This document shows, in pieces, positions 24,859 to 37,582 of a DNA stretch of 64,000 nucleotides. The stretch's first letter is position 1. Each line of letters begins with the position of its first letter. The stretch is from Amoebophrya sp. A120. Its lineage: Eukaryota; Protista; Dinoflagellata. Both the position numbers and the translations under genes were made by a program. The DNA lies in assembly GCA_905178155.1 (NCBI GenBank), contig CAJINV010000004.1, positions 9,205,159-9,269,158 of the forward strand, in the 5' to 3' direction. The notes beneath the pieces are model-generated. The model searched no databases. It saw only the letters and a program-made list of their open reading frames with translations, and had not been told where the DNA came from.

Positions 24859-27800
24859 ATGAACAAAACAACGTTGCTCCAGCACCTTCTCTTCCTCCTC
24901 GCACTGTTATTGCCCGAACATTTTTACGTCCTCGCGGATCTTCCTCTCCACTGCTTGATCCAGGATGCGGTCGGGGACTGGACCTTTTACGTTGAGGACG
25001 GCCTTTTGCCCGACGAAGAGGATTATGCATTGCAAAAGCATCGTACTCGTATAAATGCATATACTAATTTCCTCAGCATGAGAAATAAAATTTGTCATGC
25101 GGGTTTACTTCACGAAAAATAAAAAATTTGTAATGCATGACTGCAATTACTACAAAATAAGCACGATACGTTTGCACAGGATAAGGATGAGGAGAGTCTG
25201 AGTCGTTGGTTCACCTACGCCGACGAAGAAACGGAGGAGGCGGACGACGCCGCCACCTCCGTAGAAGCTGAATCAACCGACCTCCGTGATTTGAATCTGC
25301 TGTACCCCATTCCCACATGCGGCCACACCTTCCCGAACTCCGCGGCGGTTATGGCGCAGCTGGACCAGCGGAAGGTGGTTGCGGAGCGGGTGGCGTTGCT
25401 GACCACGCCGGAGGGAGAGCTGGTGGAGGTGACGGATGACAAAGCACTAATCAGGCCGGACGAGTTGATGTCACCACTAACGAGGACTGGTGGCCCAGGT
25501 GGTGGTGGTGGCCGAACTTCTAAGTCCTACTACCGCCCCCGGCGGAAAAAGAGGAAGCGCATTGCTCCCACGTGGTGGCGGGGACTGAATGCGAGTAGGG
25601 AAAACATCACTGCATTTTTGCAGGAGGGAGGTGGAGCAGGGGTCGATGATGATCTTCTACTTCCAGGCACCTCCAGCGCAGCGCTTTACTCGGCCGGTGG
25701 CCAGCAGCACAGTTCTGTTTCATCTGACAGTGATGTCGTCCGCATCCCGACTCCTCAGTACAAGCCCTACAAGGAGATTTCCGTGAAGCTCACGGACGAA
25801 GTGATGTCAGAAAACATGGGCCTGCGCGCGCTCGTGGACAACGAGGAGTATCAAATGCAAATATGCCTGGGTCTGGAAAGTGGGAACTTGTAATGCTAGC
25901 GCTACATTCATGGGAAATCTGTATTGCATAACCGACAAAAGCCGCAGCCATTTTTGTCATGCAGAAACGCAGTTTCTCATGCGCATGCGGGCTGCCTATG
26001 AGAAAATGCTCCGGAACAAAGTTGTCACGCTGGTCTGCATTCGGAAGTGTTTCCATCATGCACATTTTAGCATCACAAGTTTCCAGACCCAGACACTTTT
26101 GCACTTGATAAGGAGGCGGTGTGGACCATGGTAGCGGACGAAGGGGTGCACATCCGGTTGCAGGACAAGATATCCTGTGCAAAAGTGTCGCACTCGTAGT
26201 AATTCTTGCAGTTATGCATTACAAATCTTTTTCCTAAGGGCAATCAGCATGACAAATTCCATTTCTCATCATGCTGAGGAAATTTGTAATGCAATTCATA
26301 CTAGCACGATGCTTTTGCAATTCATACAAGGAGTTTTTCGCGCACTTCGACTTCCGCCTGGTGAACAAATACCCGGACTTCCAGGACGGCACCGTGAAAC
26401 GGTACCCGAACATGGAAAACATCGTGGGCTTCCAGGGCATTGTCAACGGCACGGGGATATGAACTGCAAAAGTATCGTACTCGTATAAATGCATTACAAA
26501 TTTTCTCAGCATGAGAAATAAAATTTTTAATGCGAATTTACCTTAAAAAGAAGATTTGTAATGCATGATTGCAATACGAGTACGATACTTTTGCACAGGA
26601 TAGGGGAGGAGACTCCCGCCGAAGGGACAAGACTACCTCTGCAAGTGCGACGTGTTGAGCGCGGGGTGGACTTCGGTCACGGAAATCGACGTCACAAAAT
26701 TGAAAAAGCCGAACAAGAACCCATTTGTGTACCGAAGACCCGCGGAGGGCGGTAGCGGCGCAGGAGGGGGCGGAGCTAGTAGTACAGAGGCAGCTGGTGG
26801 TGCAGCTGCAAACCCGGCGGAAGAGATCCAGGCAGCGCGGGAACAGGAAGAGAAACTTGACGAAGAGGATGAGGAGCAGGCCAAGTCGACGCGGTACGGC
26901 TGTTTCTGGGGCCACAAGCAGGGCAAGGACGTCTCTGAGGGCTTGGAGAAAATTTTGCCGATGAACGTCTCGTTAGCGCATTTGCAAAACGCGAAATTTA
27001 TCCACCGAAGGAAGACCAAAGTGGTGGACCAGTCGCGGGAGGTGGTGAAGAAGGGCGGGTACAGATTGTATGTGGAAAAGATCCCGAAGCAGTTCAACAA
27101 CTCTGCGCAAGCCATACCGGAGCTGACGACCCACATCGCGCAGCACGGCACGCGCGGGGTGCTCAATGCGGAGTACACCGACTGGCTCACCGCTTCGTTT
27201 CTGCAGAAGGATCATGATCATTCTAGTACAATATTGAGCAGGACGAGGGACGTCGTAAACAAGCAGCAGCCACTGCTGCACCCGATTTCGTACTACCTGG
27301 AAAAACGAGAAACGAATGAAAAAAGTAGGCAAAGGCTACGCCGAATTATAAGTAAGAAAGTCTCGAAAAAGAAGAAGAGAGCCTCTGAACAGGGAGCTGC
27401 TCGCCAAAACCTGCGGGACGGGGGCTGGAAGATGCTACCAACCGCGGAATATGCATTGCAAATATGTCTGGGTCTGGAAGGATGCAACCTGTGATGCTAC
27501 CTCTGGATTCTACATAAAATCTCTATTGCATGAACAGCAATAGTTTTTTGCCACGCGGAGCGAGCATTTCAATTTCTCATGCGGTATGGGCATCAAAAAG
27601 TCCTTGCAGAGTCTGTGATGCTACGGCATGCATCACAGACATTATGGGTCATGCAAAATCTAGATTACAAACTCCTGCATTCTTCCAGACGCAGACATAT
27701 TTGCATTGGATACGGAACTCCCCAACTCCGATGCGTTCCCGGTCAACTTCACGTGGCGGGGGCACGAATATGAGAGTGCACGACTCCCCTCCCCTCATTT

Positions 27801-30800
27801 GTCATGCAAAGTCCCAAATCTACCTTCTGCCTGTTAGCACTTTTGGCATGACAGACTCCGAAAGCCAAAACAGCACTTTGCCAGGAATTTGTCATGCAAA
27901 AGCTGCATCTTTGCCAGCGCTTGTGTTGCTGTTCATGCAACACAAATGAGGGGGAGGGGGAGTTGTGCACTCTCATAACGAAAGTCTTTCGGCCTCGCTT
28001 CCGGAAGAGCTGGACATTTTGTCTGAGGATTTCGACCAGGGCGCTTGTGGCAGCTGCTACGTGCACAGTGCGACAAACGTGATGCAGATGCGAACCAGGA
28101 TCGCGTTTCAGAGAAGGTATAAAAAAGCTGGATGCTGCACCGGCGGACAGATACGTGATTTTTTGTTCGACAGTATGCACATGGCACCACACAGACACAT
28201 CGTTTCTTTCTACGAAAATAAAAGTAAAAGCTCCTCCGAACCATCTACATCAATGTGTACATCATGATGATGATTCGTATATTAGATACAACGTGTCCTA
28301 CCCGCTGACCCTGTCCTGGCGCGCGGCGATGCGTTGCAACCCGTACAACGAGGGCTGCGGCGGCGGCTTTCCCTACCTGGTCTTCAAGCAATTCGCGGAA
28401 ACCGGGGTCCCCGCGATCGAGAAGGCGAACGCCGGCTGCGACCCGATACGGTATCAACGGATGGTTTTTGTGCGCCACTTCCCCCACATCGTGAAGGTGC
28501 CAAACGCGGCGAAAATCCTCCGCTACATGCTACAGTTCGGCGCGAAGTTGGGCGACGATGTCATCGTGAAAATCTTGCTTCTCATATGACAGTGCACAAC
28601 TCTCCCTCCTCCTCATTTGTGATGCAAAATACCCGATCCACCGCTTGCCTCTTGGCACTGTTTGCATGACAAGTTCTTGTAGCCCAAATAGCACTATGCT
28701 CCGAGTGCAAATTTGTCATGCAAAACCAGCATTGGTGTTGATGCTCATATTGCCGTTCATGCTATACAAATGGAGGGGAGGGGGAGTTGTGCGCTGTTAT
28801 ATCTCAACTGGGTGCAGTACGAGAACCAGAAATGGTGGGTGTACGGGACGTATGCTGTGCAAAAGTATAGTACTCGTAGTAATCGCAAACATGCATTACA
28901 AATCTTGCTCTTAAGGTAAATCCGCATTACAAATTTTAGCCTTCATGCTGAGGAAATTTATTTGTAATGCATTTATACGAGTGCGATACTTTCGCACAGG
29001 ATAGGACGGGCGGAAACTTGAATTTGGACGGAAAAGTGTCGGAGGCAGATACGAAAGAATTTGACGCAAAGTACAACGAGACAGCAGTGGAATTCTCCAC
29101 GAGGGCCCGGATATACATTGCAAATATGTCTGGGTCTGGAAGGTTGCAACTTGTGATGCTGTCTCTGCATTCTAAAAAAAGCTGTATTTTTGCATGACCA
29201 GCAAGAGGGGTCCAGTTTTTGCTACCTGGAGAGGGCATTTCTCATGCGGAATGAGCATCAGGAAGCCCTCTAGAGATCTGTGATGCTAGGTTATGCATTA
29301 CAGGCGTCATGGGTCATGTAAAATTAGACCAGAAAATCGGAAGAAGTACATGTTTTTTTGCGCATCCCCTTGCAACGGGGGTCGCGGGCTGAATGAGGTT
29401 GGGGGGTGCGAAGGCGCGACCGCGTTCCGGGTTGTTTTATCCCGGAAAAATTAGCCCCCGGCATTGCGGCTGCGCGGCCGGGGCCGGGGCGGGTCGGCTT
29501 GGCGTAGATAGGAAGGCGACGGCACACAGCCAACACCTCGCCACCCGCCCCCACGCTGGGCCCACGTCGGGGACACACAACAGACGCGGCGCGCATCCCG
29601 GGGCCCCAACGCGAAGCCCTTCCGGGCCCGGAAAAGCTCTTGCTTTGGCTGCGGCCTGGCGCGCCTTTTCCCTTCATTCCGGGGCCCCGGCCGGCGGGTG
29701 AACTGCAGGCCCCCCAAGAGGCGCGCGCGCCTCCCCCTTTCGGAGGGGGGGGAAAAGGGGGCCCGAATTGGCCCAATTCGCCTCCCTTTTTGAGGGGGGG
29801 TAAAATGTGCCCGATTCTGGCTCATTTTGCCCCCCCCCTGTAGTAGCGGGGGAAGGCCATTTTTTGCCCCCCCCTAAAAAAGGCGGCAGAATTGGGCCAA
29901 TTCGGCCCCCTTTTTACCCCCCCCTCCAGAAGGGGGGCCCGCGCGCCTTCCGGGCCCCCCTTCCCGGCCCCCCAATTGTGGGACGGCTGTTGTTGGGGCC
30001 GAAGCAGGCCCCACCTTAGGGGCGCGCGCCCACCCTACTGCTTCGAGGGCCGGCCCCTCCGGTACGGCGAGCAGGCCCATGCGCTTCCGGCAAAAAACAT
30101 GGCGGCGGCGCACCGGCCCGACCGGGACGGGCCCGCGGGGAGGCCGCTTGGTGGGGCGGCGTTTCTCGCTCTTGGCGGGCTTCGAGGTCGGGAGGCCGCC
30201 CCGGCTCTCTTTGGCAAGCCACAACCCCCGAGCCGCTGCATGGCGCAGCGAGGTCCTCGGGCCGGGTGTACTGTCGGGGCACCCCGCCGCCCCCGAAGCG
30301 AAACGAAAGCGGCCCGTCATGCAAGCGGGTGCGCGAAAAAGTATGTACTTCTTCCGATTTTCTGGTCTAATAAAATCAGCGCGACAGGTCTTGCATTCTT
30401 CCAGACCCAGACATATTTGCATTTCATACCGGAAAGAGATCAACGACATCGTGCAGAACATCGCCCTAGGGCCGATGCGGAACGGCGGGGTCGGCACGGC
30501 TTCGAAGGATGTCTATTACGCCGACGAAAAGCTGAGGGAGAAGCGGGCGGAGGCAGAGGCGGCGGCGGTGGAGTACAAGCAGAAAGCGGCGTCACTCTTG
30601 CAGAATTTCATAGCGCTGGGGAAAGATCGGCGGGTGTTGGGCCGGAATATTAAGGAGGATAAGAGTAGTAGGCTTGTCAGCGGTGCTCTTACACCGGCGC
30701 AACCGTTGTTGTCAGCTCCTTTGGGTGGAGTAGTAAGTGGCGTTGCCGTAGCAGCAGTAGTCGCAGATTCTCGTAAGCACGAGGAGCCTTCAGTTCTTCA

Positions 30801-33800
30801 CCAGCAGAAACCACGAGCAAACAATCCCAGTGCTAAAAGATTCACCCACACCGCTTGGGCTGAAGTGCTTCGGAAATTAGAGTCGCTGGAAGAAAAAGTC
30901 GGAACGAAGCTCGACGCTGGAACAAACAAAAATGCTGATGCGACTGCTGCTGCTGCTGCCGCTGCTGCTGCCACAACCGCCCAGGACAAATTTGCCTCGG
31001 CCGCCGAGAAGCTACACTACAAAATCGATAACCACCAAAACCTCCAAAACGACCTGCAAAAACTTTCCCTGTTTCAGGAACCGGGGTACGACGCGTGGAT
31101 GGTATGCATTGCAAAAGTATCGTACTAGTAGTAATTGCAATACAAATTAGCTCAGCATGACAAATGGAGTTTGTCATGCTGTTTTGCCTTGGGATGGAGA
31201 TTTGTAATGCATAACTGCGATTACTACGAGTGCAATACTTTTGCACAGAATAGATGGGCATGTTCAGCAACAAGTGGAAGAACGAGATTCCCCATAACCG
31301 CACAAGAGCCGTTATGGAACTGTCAGGATCGAAATCACAAAATCGATAGAATTTGTGATGCATATCATAAAATCGATACCAGTTGGAGCCTCAGTTCCCA
31401 AGTGGCGTATGACAACTTTTGGGTGCACCAAAATCCAGTCTGTCATGCTGTTTGGGCAAAGAAGCCTGCTCCTGTCATGCTACTCTGGCAGCACATCGCC
31501 TCCTCCTAACTAGGCTTGCAATCGGTCCCCTTTGCCTGCTCCCCAGCACAGGCCTTACGTGCCATACATTTTATGCATTACATTTCGATCCTGACACTCC
31601 CATAGCCCTTCTGCTGAACGTGGAGAACACCGTCCGGCAGATTCTGGCCCAGCCCGATTCCCTCAGCGGCGAAGCTTTGGGGAACAAACCGTGCGATTTG
31701 CGGCGGTGCTTTGGCATGCGGATGCCGACGAGGCGGGATTACCAGGAGATTTTTCACGAAACGTACGAGCCGTTCTTGATGCACAAACGGTCGAAGATTT
31801 TGGACCGAAGCCGGTATGGGAGAAGTTTGAAGCACTTCTTCGTGCAGAGAATCAAAGCGGAGAAAGCTGCGAAGGAAAAGAAGCATGGTGTCGATAGTAC
31901 TAGTACAACAACGAAGAAGAAAGAGAAGAAGATGGACAAAGTGCGGGACATCATTTTTCACAGGCGTGATGTAGTACATCACCAGGCTCTTGAGCAGAAA
32001 AAAGTAAAAGGCCTCCAGAACAATCGTCTGCTAGAGGAGCAAGTGGATAAGAGAAAAAGTACGGCCAAGGGCGGCGCAAAAAGGAAAAAGTCAACGACGA
32101 CTTTGAAAATGGTCATGGAGCTGGACGACGCGGAGAAAGGAGCGACAAAAAATAACAAAGAACTGCAGAAGACGAGGACCGAAGGCGCGAACAGTGACAG
32201 TGCGCTTTCCGCTGCCCATTTGAGTCAAATCTTAACCAACTTGCCGGATCATGAAGGAGCCGTTGCAGATGTAGTAGATGGTCCAAGAACGTCTGCCGAT
32301 CCCGATCTTCATGAAGAAATTCCTGCTGAAACCATAATTTCTGACCACCAGCGTCGTGCTAGCCCTGGTGATGTTCTAGGAACTTTTCTGCAACTGCAAG
32401 TGCAACAGACCGATTCTTCAGCAAGTGCAAGCGCTCGCACTGAAATAAGCGAAGGAGCCACAAGTAGAAGTCTCACCACGTTGACCCAGCCCCGGACGCC
32501 ACCCCCGCCGACATCCGAAGACGACTACAACCAAGTCCAAGCGATGCACAAACTCCTCGTTTTCGCAAAGTACTGGGGATACGTGGGCGGGTACGCGCAG
32601 GGCGCAGAGGAGGATCTGATCATGCGTCACATCTACAAGGACGGCCCGGTGACCATGTCGCTAAACCCGGACGGAGTGAAGCATTTTGGGTATTTGCACA
32701 AGATGGAAGCGCAAAGGCGGGTACTGGACGCGTCGAATCCCTTTTTGAGTAGATTGGCCGAAATGCAGGAACCGCTGCCGAGCAACGAGAAGATCGTCCA
32801 GCCGTGGTCGCTATGAATTGCAAAATTATCGTACTCGTACTACTTGCAACCTTGCATGACAAACCTACCTTTTTACAACCTGAATTAGCATTACAAATTC
32901 CACTTTTTTTTCTGATACAATTTGTAATGCAATTTTTACTAAGTAGCACGATACTTTTGCAATGCATAGTCGCAGTCCACGCACAGCATCATCTGTGTGG
33001 GGTGGGGCGTGCAGCAGAAAGTCGTGGACTACAGAGAGGTGGTAAGAGACGCAAAGAGGAAAAAGAAAAACAAACACTCGAAGGATCTATATGCGCTGCA
33101 AAAGTATCGTACTCGTATAAATGCATTGCAAATTATTTTGTTCTCAGCATGAGAAATAAAATTTGTGATGCGGATTCACCCCAAGAAAAAGATTTGCAAT
33201 GCATGATTGCAATACGAGTGCGATACTTTTGCACAGGATAATCTAGAGAATGGCGTGACGACACCAGCTCCGCCGTCAGAGCAATCGGATTTCCCCATTT
33301 TGAAAGGCGAGGAAGATGGAAAAAATAATGCAGCGGTGGATTACAGGTATGGGGAAAAGGAGATGGAATCGCTGCGGAAAGAGAAGAAGGGTCCTTCGGC
33401 GGCGTTAGAGGCGGCCCCGACCATGTTGGTGGAACAGAGTAGAAGAAGCGACGCAGAAGTTGTAGAGAGAAAAGCAAAACAAGAACAAGAAGCACGTCGG
33501 CCAATAAAGCAACATTGGCGAAGAAGTGGTCACCAGCGAGGACAGCAGCACGAGATCCGAATTTTTACCCGTGGTCGCCACGGGCAAAATGAAAATGATG
33601 CTCTGCACGACGAAGAACATGACCCCGACGAAATCCACCCTTCGCTCGCGGTTTTGCTATGCAAGAAAAAAACTGTGTAAGTGTAAATCTGTGATGCAGA
33701 AAATGCAAAACAGTTACACTTGTCATGCTCAACATGCATGATCGGCTCGCTTCCTATGTGTTTTTCCTTCCTATCTGCGCATAGCAAGTTTTTCCTGCTA

Positions 33801-36800
33801 GGGCAGACAAACTTGTGATGCTGTTTTCTCAAAAGACTTACACTAACACAGTTTTTCTCTTGGATATTTGCTGTTCCAAATGCAGAAAAGGGCGTGGAAG
33901 AGAAGTACTAGAGTCGGGCAAAATCTACTTCATCGTGAAGATCCAACAGATCCAGGATTTTCAGATGCGCAGGGTGAAGTGGAGGACGGTGCTGGTGAGC
34001 AGGCCGGAGAAGAAGAATCTAGTGCACCAGCATCCGACAGTAGGGTAGATCTAGATGGCAGCGCGGATGAAAATGATGTTGAAGATGCAGATGATTCTGA
34101 AAATGCTATGCCTTGGACGGTCGTTAGCGTACAGAAGGGTGAATTTGCACTGAATTTGTATTGCATGACTTGCATTTAAGTAAGTACTTAAAAGAGAAGT
34201 GCGCTAGGTATGGACACGAGCCCAAGCATCCCACATAGCGTGAAGGGCTGCTCGTCGCGTGGTGGCGCTTGCAGGACCGAAAGAAGTGGTCTTGCGGGGT
34301 CTCGCCGGGCTGTGTAGTGCGTATTTAGCGACCAGAGAAGGTGGATCGGGTGGCTCTTGTTCATCTGCGGGCTTACCTCAGAAGTTCCTCTCCGGAATGG
34401 TCGAAAGGCAGGGCGACGCCTGAACACAGGGGCACTAGTTCAAACACGTACGCTCTCGCGAGTTGTGGTTTGGAATTGGATATCTGGGAGTAGCCTCCGG
34501 TGGAAGGGAAGGCACGACTCGGCTACGGGCACTAGCTTGCTTGGCCTGGTGTTTTTGCCCCCGGAGCAAGTCTTTTTCGACGTGGCTCTCAGGTCAAGAA
34601 TTCCTTGGTGAATTTTGAGGCTTTTTGTTTTTGCGACACTTTTTTGAAGCCCCCAAACCCGGAGTTTCTCACGCGCTAGCGAATTTTGAAAAGGAGCCGG
34701 AGGCCAAAATTCACCGGCGCCCTTTTCAAAATTCACCCCAAAACTCACCGGGCGCCCATTTTCGACCGTGATAAGCAAACTTTAGCGCAGAAAAGTGCTC
34801 AAGGAACTCCGCAAATAGACCCTGGGAAGCGGGGCCGAGGGGAAAAGACGAGCGCCCTCTGCTGCCCTCAGCCCGTCTATATTCTGCCGAAAAGGCCGGA
34901 GAGTTCACGCGCCTGCCGGATAGACGCGCCAAAGCTCTCGGCCTGGTCCTTTCGCCCTTGCCTTCGCGCCTTCTTGCCTAATTGCATTTGCTTCGCAGCG
35001 CTTTCTTTTTGGCGTCTCTGCCCCGGCTGCTGCAGTGCTCTTATGCGAGCACAGGGAGACGAATAGACATGGCCAAAGAACGGCACCCAGGCCATGTCTA
35101 GAAGTTCTTGCCCGCCGCATAAGCCTTGACAGCTTTTGCGGTGTGCAGAACCCACTTCCCAGAAGGCCAAGAGGGACAATGTCCCGGCGGACCCACCTGC
35201 AATTTGTCATGCAAAATTCACTACAAATTCACGAACTTCTCATGCTAACGGATGTTAAAGCTCTAGTGAAAATGATGTTGAAGATGCAGATGATTCTGAA
35301 AAGAAATCCGAAGATCAAGATTTTTCCGGAGATGATAGTGAAGACTCCTTCTTTCCAGACGAAATTCTGGGTGAAGATGCGATAGTACCGAGCGAAATAG
35401 GCGACGGGGAAACAAGCACTACAGATGATGAACAAAATAAAGACGAGGATACAACTCCTGCAATCGACCTTCTAGCCAAAGAACGCAACAAATTAAAGAA
35501 CGTCGTTGGCAGCATGGCAGAGGATGAGGAAAAACAAGAAGAGCGTACAACTAAGAACGTCTACTCCCAGCACGCCGGAACCTCGTCCAAGAAGAAGATG
35601 AAGCGCAGAAAAACCACTTCTATGTCACGATCTAAAAATAAAAAACGCAAAGCAAAACGAAAATCTACTTCCGGATGGCACTACATCGACGGCGAAAATA
35701 AATCTTCGTCCAACCCCGAGGGAACCGCCAGCAGCAAAAGAAAGAAACCGAAACACAAAGAGCACTTTAAGACCGCGCGAACAGTGGAAGTCTCTGCCGT
35801 GAACCGGGCGCAGATGGGGGAAAAGGTCGAGCAGAAGAAATTCTGGGAGGTGCGCAACAGCTGGGGCCGGGAGTGGGGCGACCGCGGGTACGCGAAGCTG
35901 GAACGGGGAATCAACATGGCGTTTTCGGAGATCGAATCGGAATACGTGGTCCCCGACATGGAGAAACTGCACAAAAATTTCGTGGACAAAAACCCGGAGA
36001 TGCTGAAATACATCGAGGAGGCGAATAAGTTGCAGAACGAGCAAAGGCAAAAAGAGCTGGAGCTCGAGAAGCAGAAGGAGGAGGCCGCGAAGCAAAGCAC
36101 GTACCTACCGAACATAACCGTCCCCGTGCCGGAAATACCGGAGTTCCCACATCTCGGTTTCTCCGTTTTCAGCCAGGAGGACCATCTGGCGGGCATGCCG
36201 CTGATTGATGAAGTTGTGCGGAACGTGAATTACACGCATATCCCGGGAATCCTGCTTTCCGAAAGTCGGGTGGCAACCGCACCGACGAAGACCTCCGTTG
36301 TTGAACCCGTAGTGCAACAGTTAAATTTCTCCACGTCCACCGCCCCACCGCCACCTGCAACCACCACCACGACCACTACCACGACAACCACTATCCTGTG
36401 CAGAAGTATCTTCGTACTCGTACTTCTTGCAAATATGCATGACAAATGTTTTTCCTAAGGGAAAACAGCATTACAAATTCCACTTCCCTTCTTGCCAAAA
36501 TTTGTGATGCAATTTATACTAGTACGATGCTTTTGCAATGCATAACCACCACGAAAGAGCAACGGCAGGACACCGTGGCGATTTTGTCTGATAAGGACTG
36601 GGAGAAGCGGAAGAAAAAGCAGGTCAAAGAAGGTAATGCCAGGGTGATACAAATCCACGAGGACGAGGACTGGTACCCGAAAAAGCTCAACGGGAAAAAG
36701 AGGAAGCCCAAATACCCCGAGTACCGCTACCCCTGGTGGCATCCAAAGGTGCCGGAGAAGGAGCAGGATCCGGGGACGTTTGAAAATGGCTACAAGCCGG

Positions 36801-37582
36801 AGAAACCCCGGGAATTCGAGCCCGGGCCAAATGGTCAGAAGGAAAAGGCAAGATCATCTAGTAGTACATCAGGTGCTTCTTCATCTTCCACGAAAAATTT
36901 TTCACCTGCAGCATCAAGTGAGAAACAGGACAACAACAAACCCGCTTCAGCAGCAGCAGACAAGTACGGCAAGGACAAGCTTCCGATCTCCCGACTGACG
37001 AAGCAGGAGTACTACAAGCGCTTTGTGCCAACCGCCGTCGAAGGGTTTCCGACCTCCGAAGAAGCCACCGAGTATCCTGTGCAAAAGTATCGCACTCGTA
37101 TTGCAATCATGCATTACAAATCCTGTTCTTGAGGCAAATTAGCATTACAAATTTTATTTCTCATGCTGAGGAAATTTGAATTTGTAAAGCATATGCATTT
37201 AATATACGAGTACGATACTTTTGCAGTTCATACTGAGCCCCCGGAGCCGCAACTAGACGAAGGTGCGCCGGAGCTGATCGCAATTCGCGACGACGTGGAA
37301 AAACCGTTTCATCCGAGATTCGCACGGGCGTACCCTCAGGTAGCTGTTGCAGAAGATGAACGACCGCGGAAGGAGGAGGAGGAACGAGGACATCAAAATG
37401 AAGACGGGAAAACCTCCACGAGTGGGGCGTTTCTGCAGCAGCAAAAACTGGATCTGGAAGTAGGCCAGAAGAAGAGGACCACATCGAAACCAGCGGCTTC
37501 AAAAAGAAAACCGCATTTTGTGGGAAATAACGTCGTTGACCCACGTACGATTCTGATCCGACGGGGAAAAAGAGACGGCTGA
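24859..37582 (+). CDS. Cathepsin C / dipeptidyl aminopeptidase-like papain-family protease, greatly expanded (~2390 aa); 17 element introns plus 1 GT-AG intron
   Basis: Signal peptide; exclusion-domain motifs DLPLHC...GDWTF and WTMVADEG; FPVNFTWR; catalytic Cys in DQGACGSCY; GCGGGFPYL; YWGYVGGY; catalytic His in THSIICVGWG; catalytic Asn in WEVRNSWGREWGDRGYAKLERG. Confidence 0.9.
25024..25183. mobile_element. Introner, family A
   Basis: Repeat AGGAT. Confidence 0.9.
25849..26110. mobile_element. Introner, family B (second interior type)
   Basis: Repeat AGGAG. Confidence 0.9.
26171..26326. mobile_element. Introner, family A
   Basis: Repeat CAAGA/CAAGG. Confidence 0.88.
26458..26602. mobile_element. 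Introner, family A
   Basis: Repeat GGGGA. Confidence 0.9.
27450..27712. mobile_element. Introner, family B
   Basis: Repeat CGGAA. Confidence 0.9.
27769..27977. mobile_element. Introner, family E
   Basis: TATGAGAGTGCACGACTCCCCTCCCCTCATTTGT and its inverse; repeat ACGAA. Confidence 0.9.
28117..28285 (+). other. Canonical GT-AG intron in the cathepsin C gene
   Basis: GTATAA...ATTAG; gives FQRR|YNVSYPLTLSW. Confidence 0.75.
28585..28801. mobile_element. Introner, family E
   Basis: Repeat TCTCA. Confidence 0.9.
28851..29003. mobile_element. Introner, family A
   Basis: Repeat GGACG. Confidence 0.9.
29112..30428. mobile_element. Introner, family B, carrying a nested 1-kb transposon
   Basis: B TIRs at both ends; repeat CCGGA; gives RAR|KEIND in frame. 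Confidence 0.9.
29324..30370. mobile_element. Nested non-autonomous DNA transposon (MITE-like), GC-rich
   Basis: Perfect 28-bp TIR TTAGACCAGAAAATCGGAAGAAGTACAT; flanked by TAAAA on both sides. Confidence 0.85.
31103..31252. mobile_element. Introner, family A
   Basis: Repeat GATGG. Confidence 0.9.
31313..31604. mobile_element. Introner, family C
   Basis: Repeat GCCGT/GCCCT; deletion in the right TIR. Confidence 0.88.
32812..32968. mobile_element. Introner, family A
   Basis: Repeat GTCGC; lies just before the catalytic His codon. Confidence 0.9.
33090..33240. mobile_element. Introner, family A
   Basis: Repeat ATCTA. Confidence 0.9.
33658..33866. mobile_element. Introner, family H
   Basis: TATGCAAGAAAAAAACTGTGTAAGTGTAA / TTACACTAACACAGTTTTTCTCTTGGATA; repeat TTTGC. 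Confidence 0.88.
34107..35265. mobile_element. Diverged introner (family I) with a ~1-kb internal insert, flanked by a 36-bp exonic duplication
   Basis: ~60-bp imperfect TIR (CGTTAGC..AGAAG..GTGAATTTG..TGAATTT..TGCATGAC); no 5-bp repeat. Confidence 0.65.
36392..36544. mobile_element. Introner, family A
   Basis: Repeat ACCAC. Confidence 0.9.
37073..37232. mobile_element. Introner, family A
   Basis: Repeat CCGAG/CTGAG. Confidence 0.88.

Noticed and set aside
29324-30653. Several overlapping GC-rich ORFs as a possible transposase
   Set aside because: No DDE or other motif is visible. Open frames are expected at this GC content, and the sequence is homopolymer-rich.
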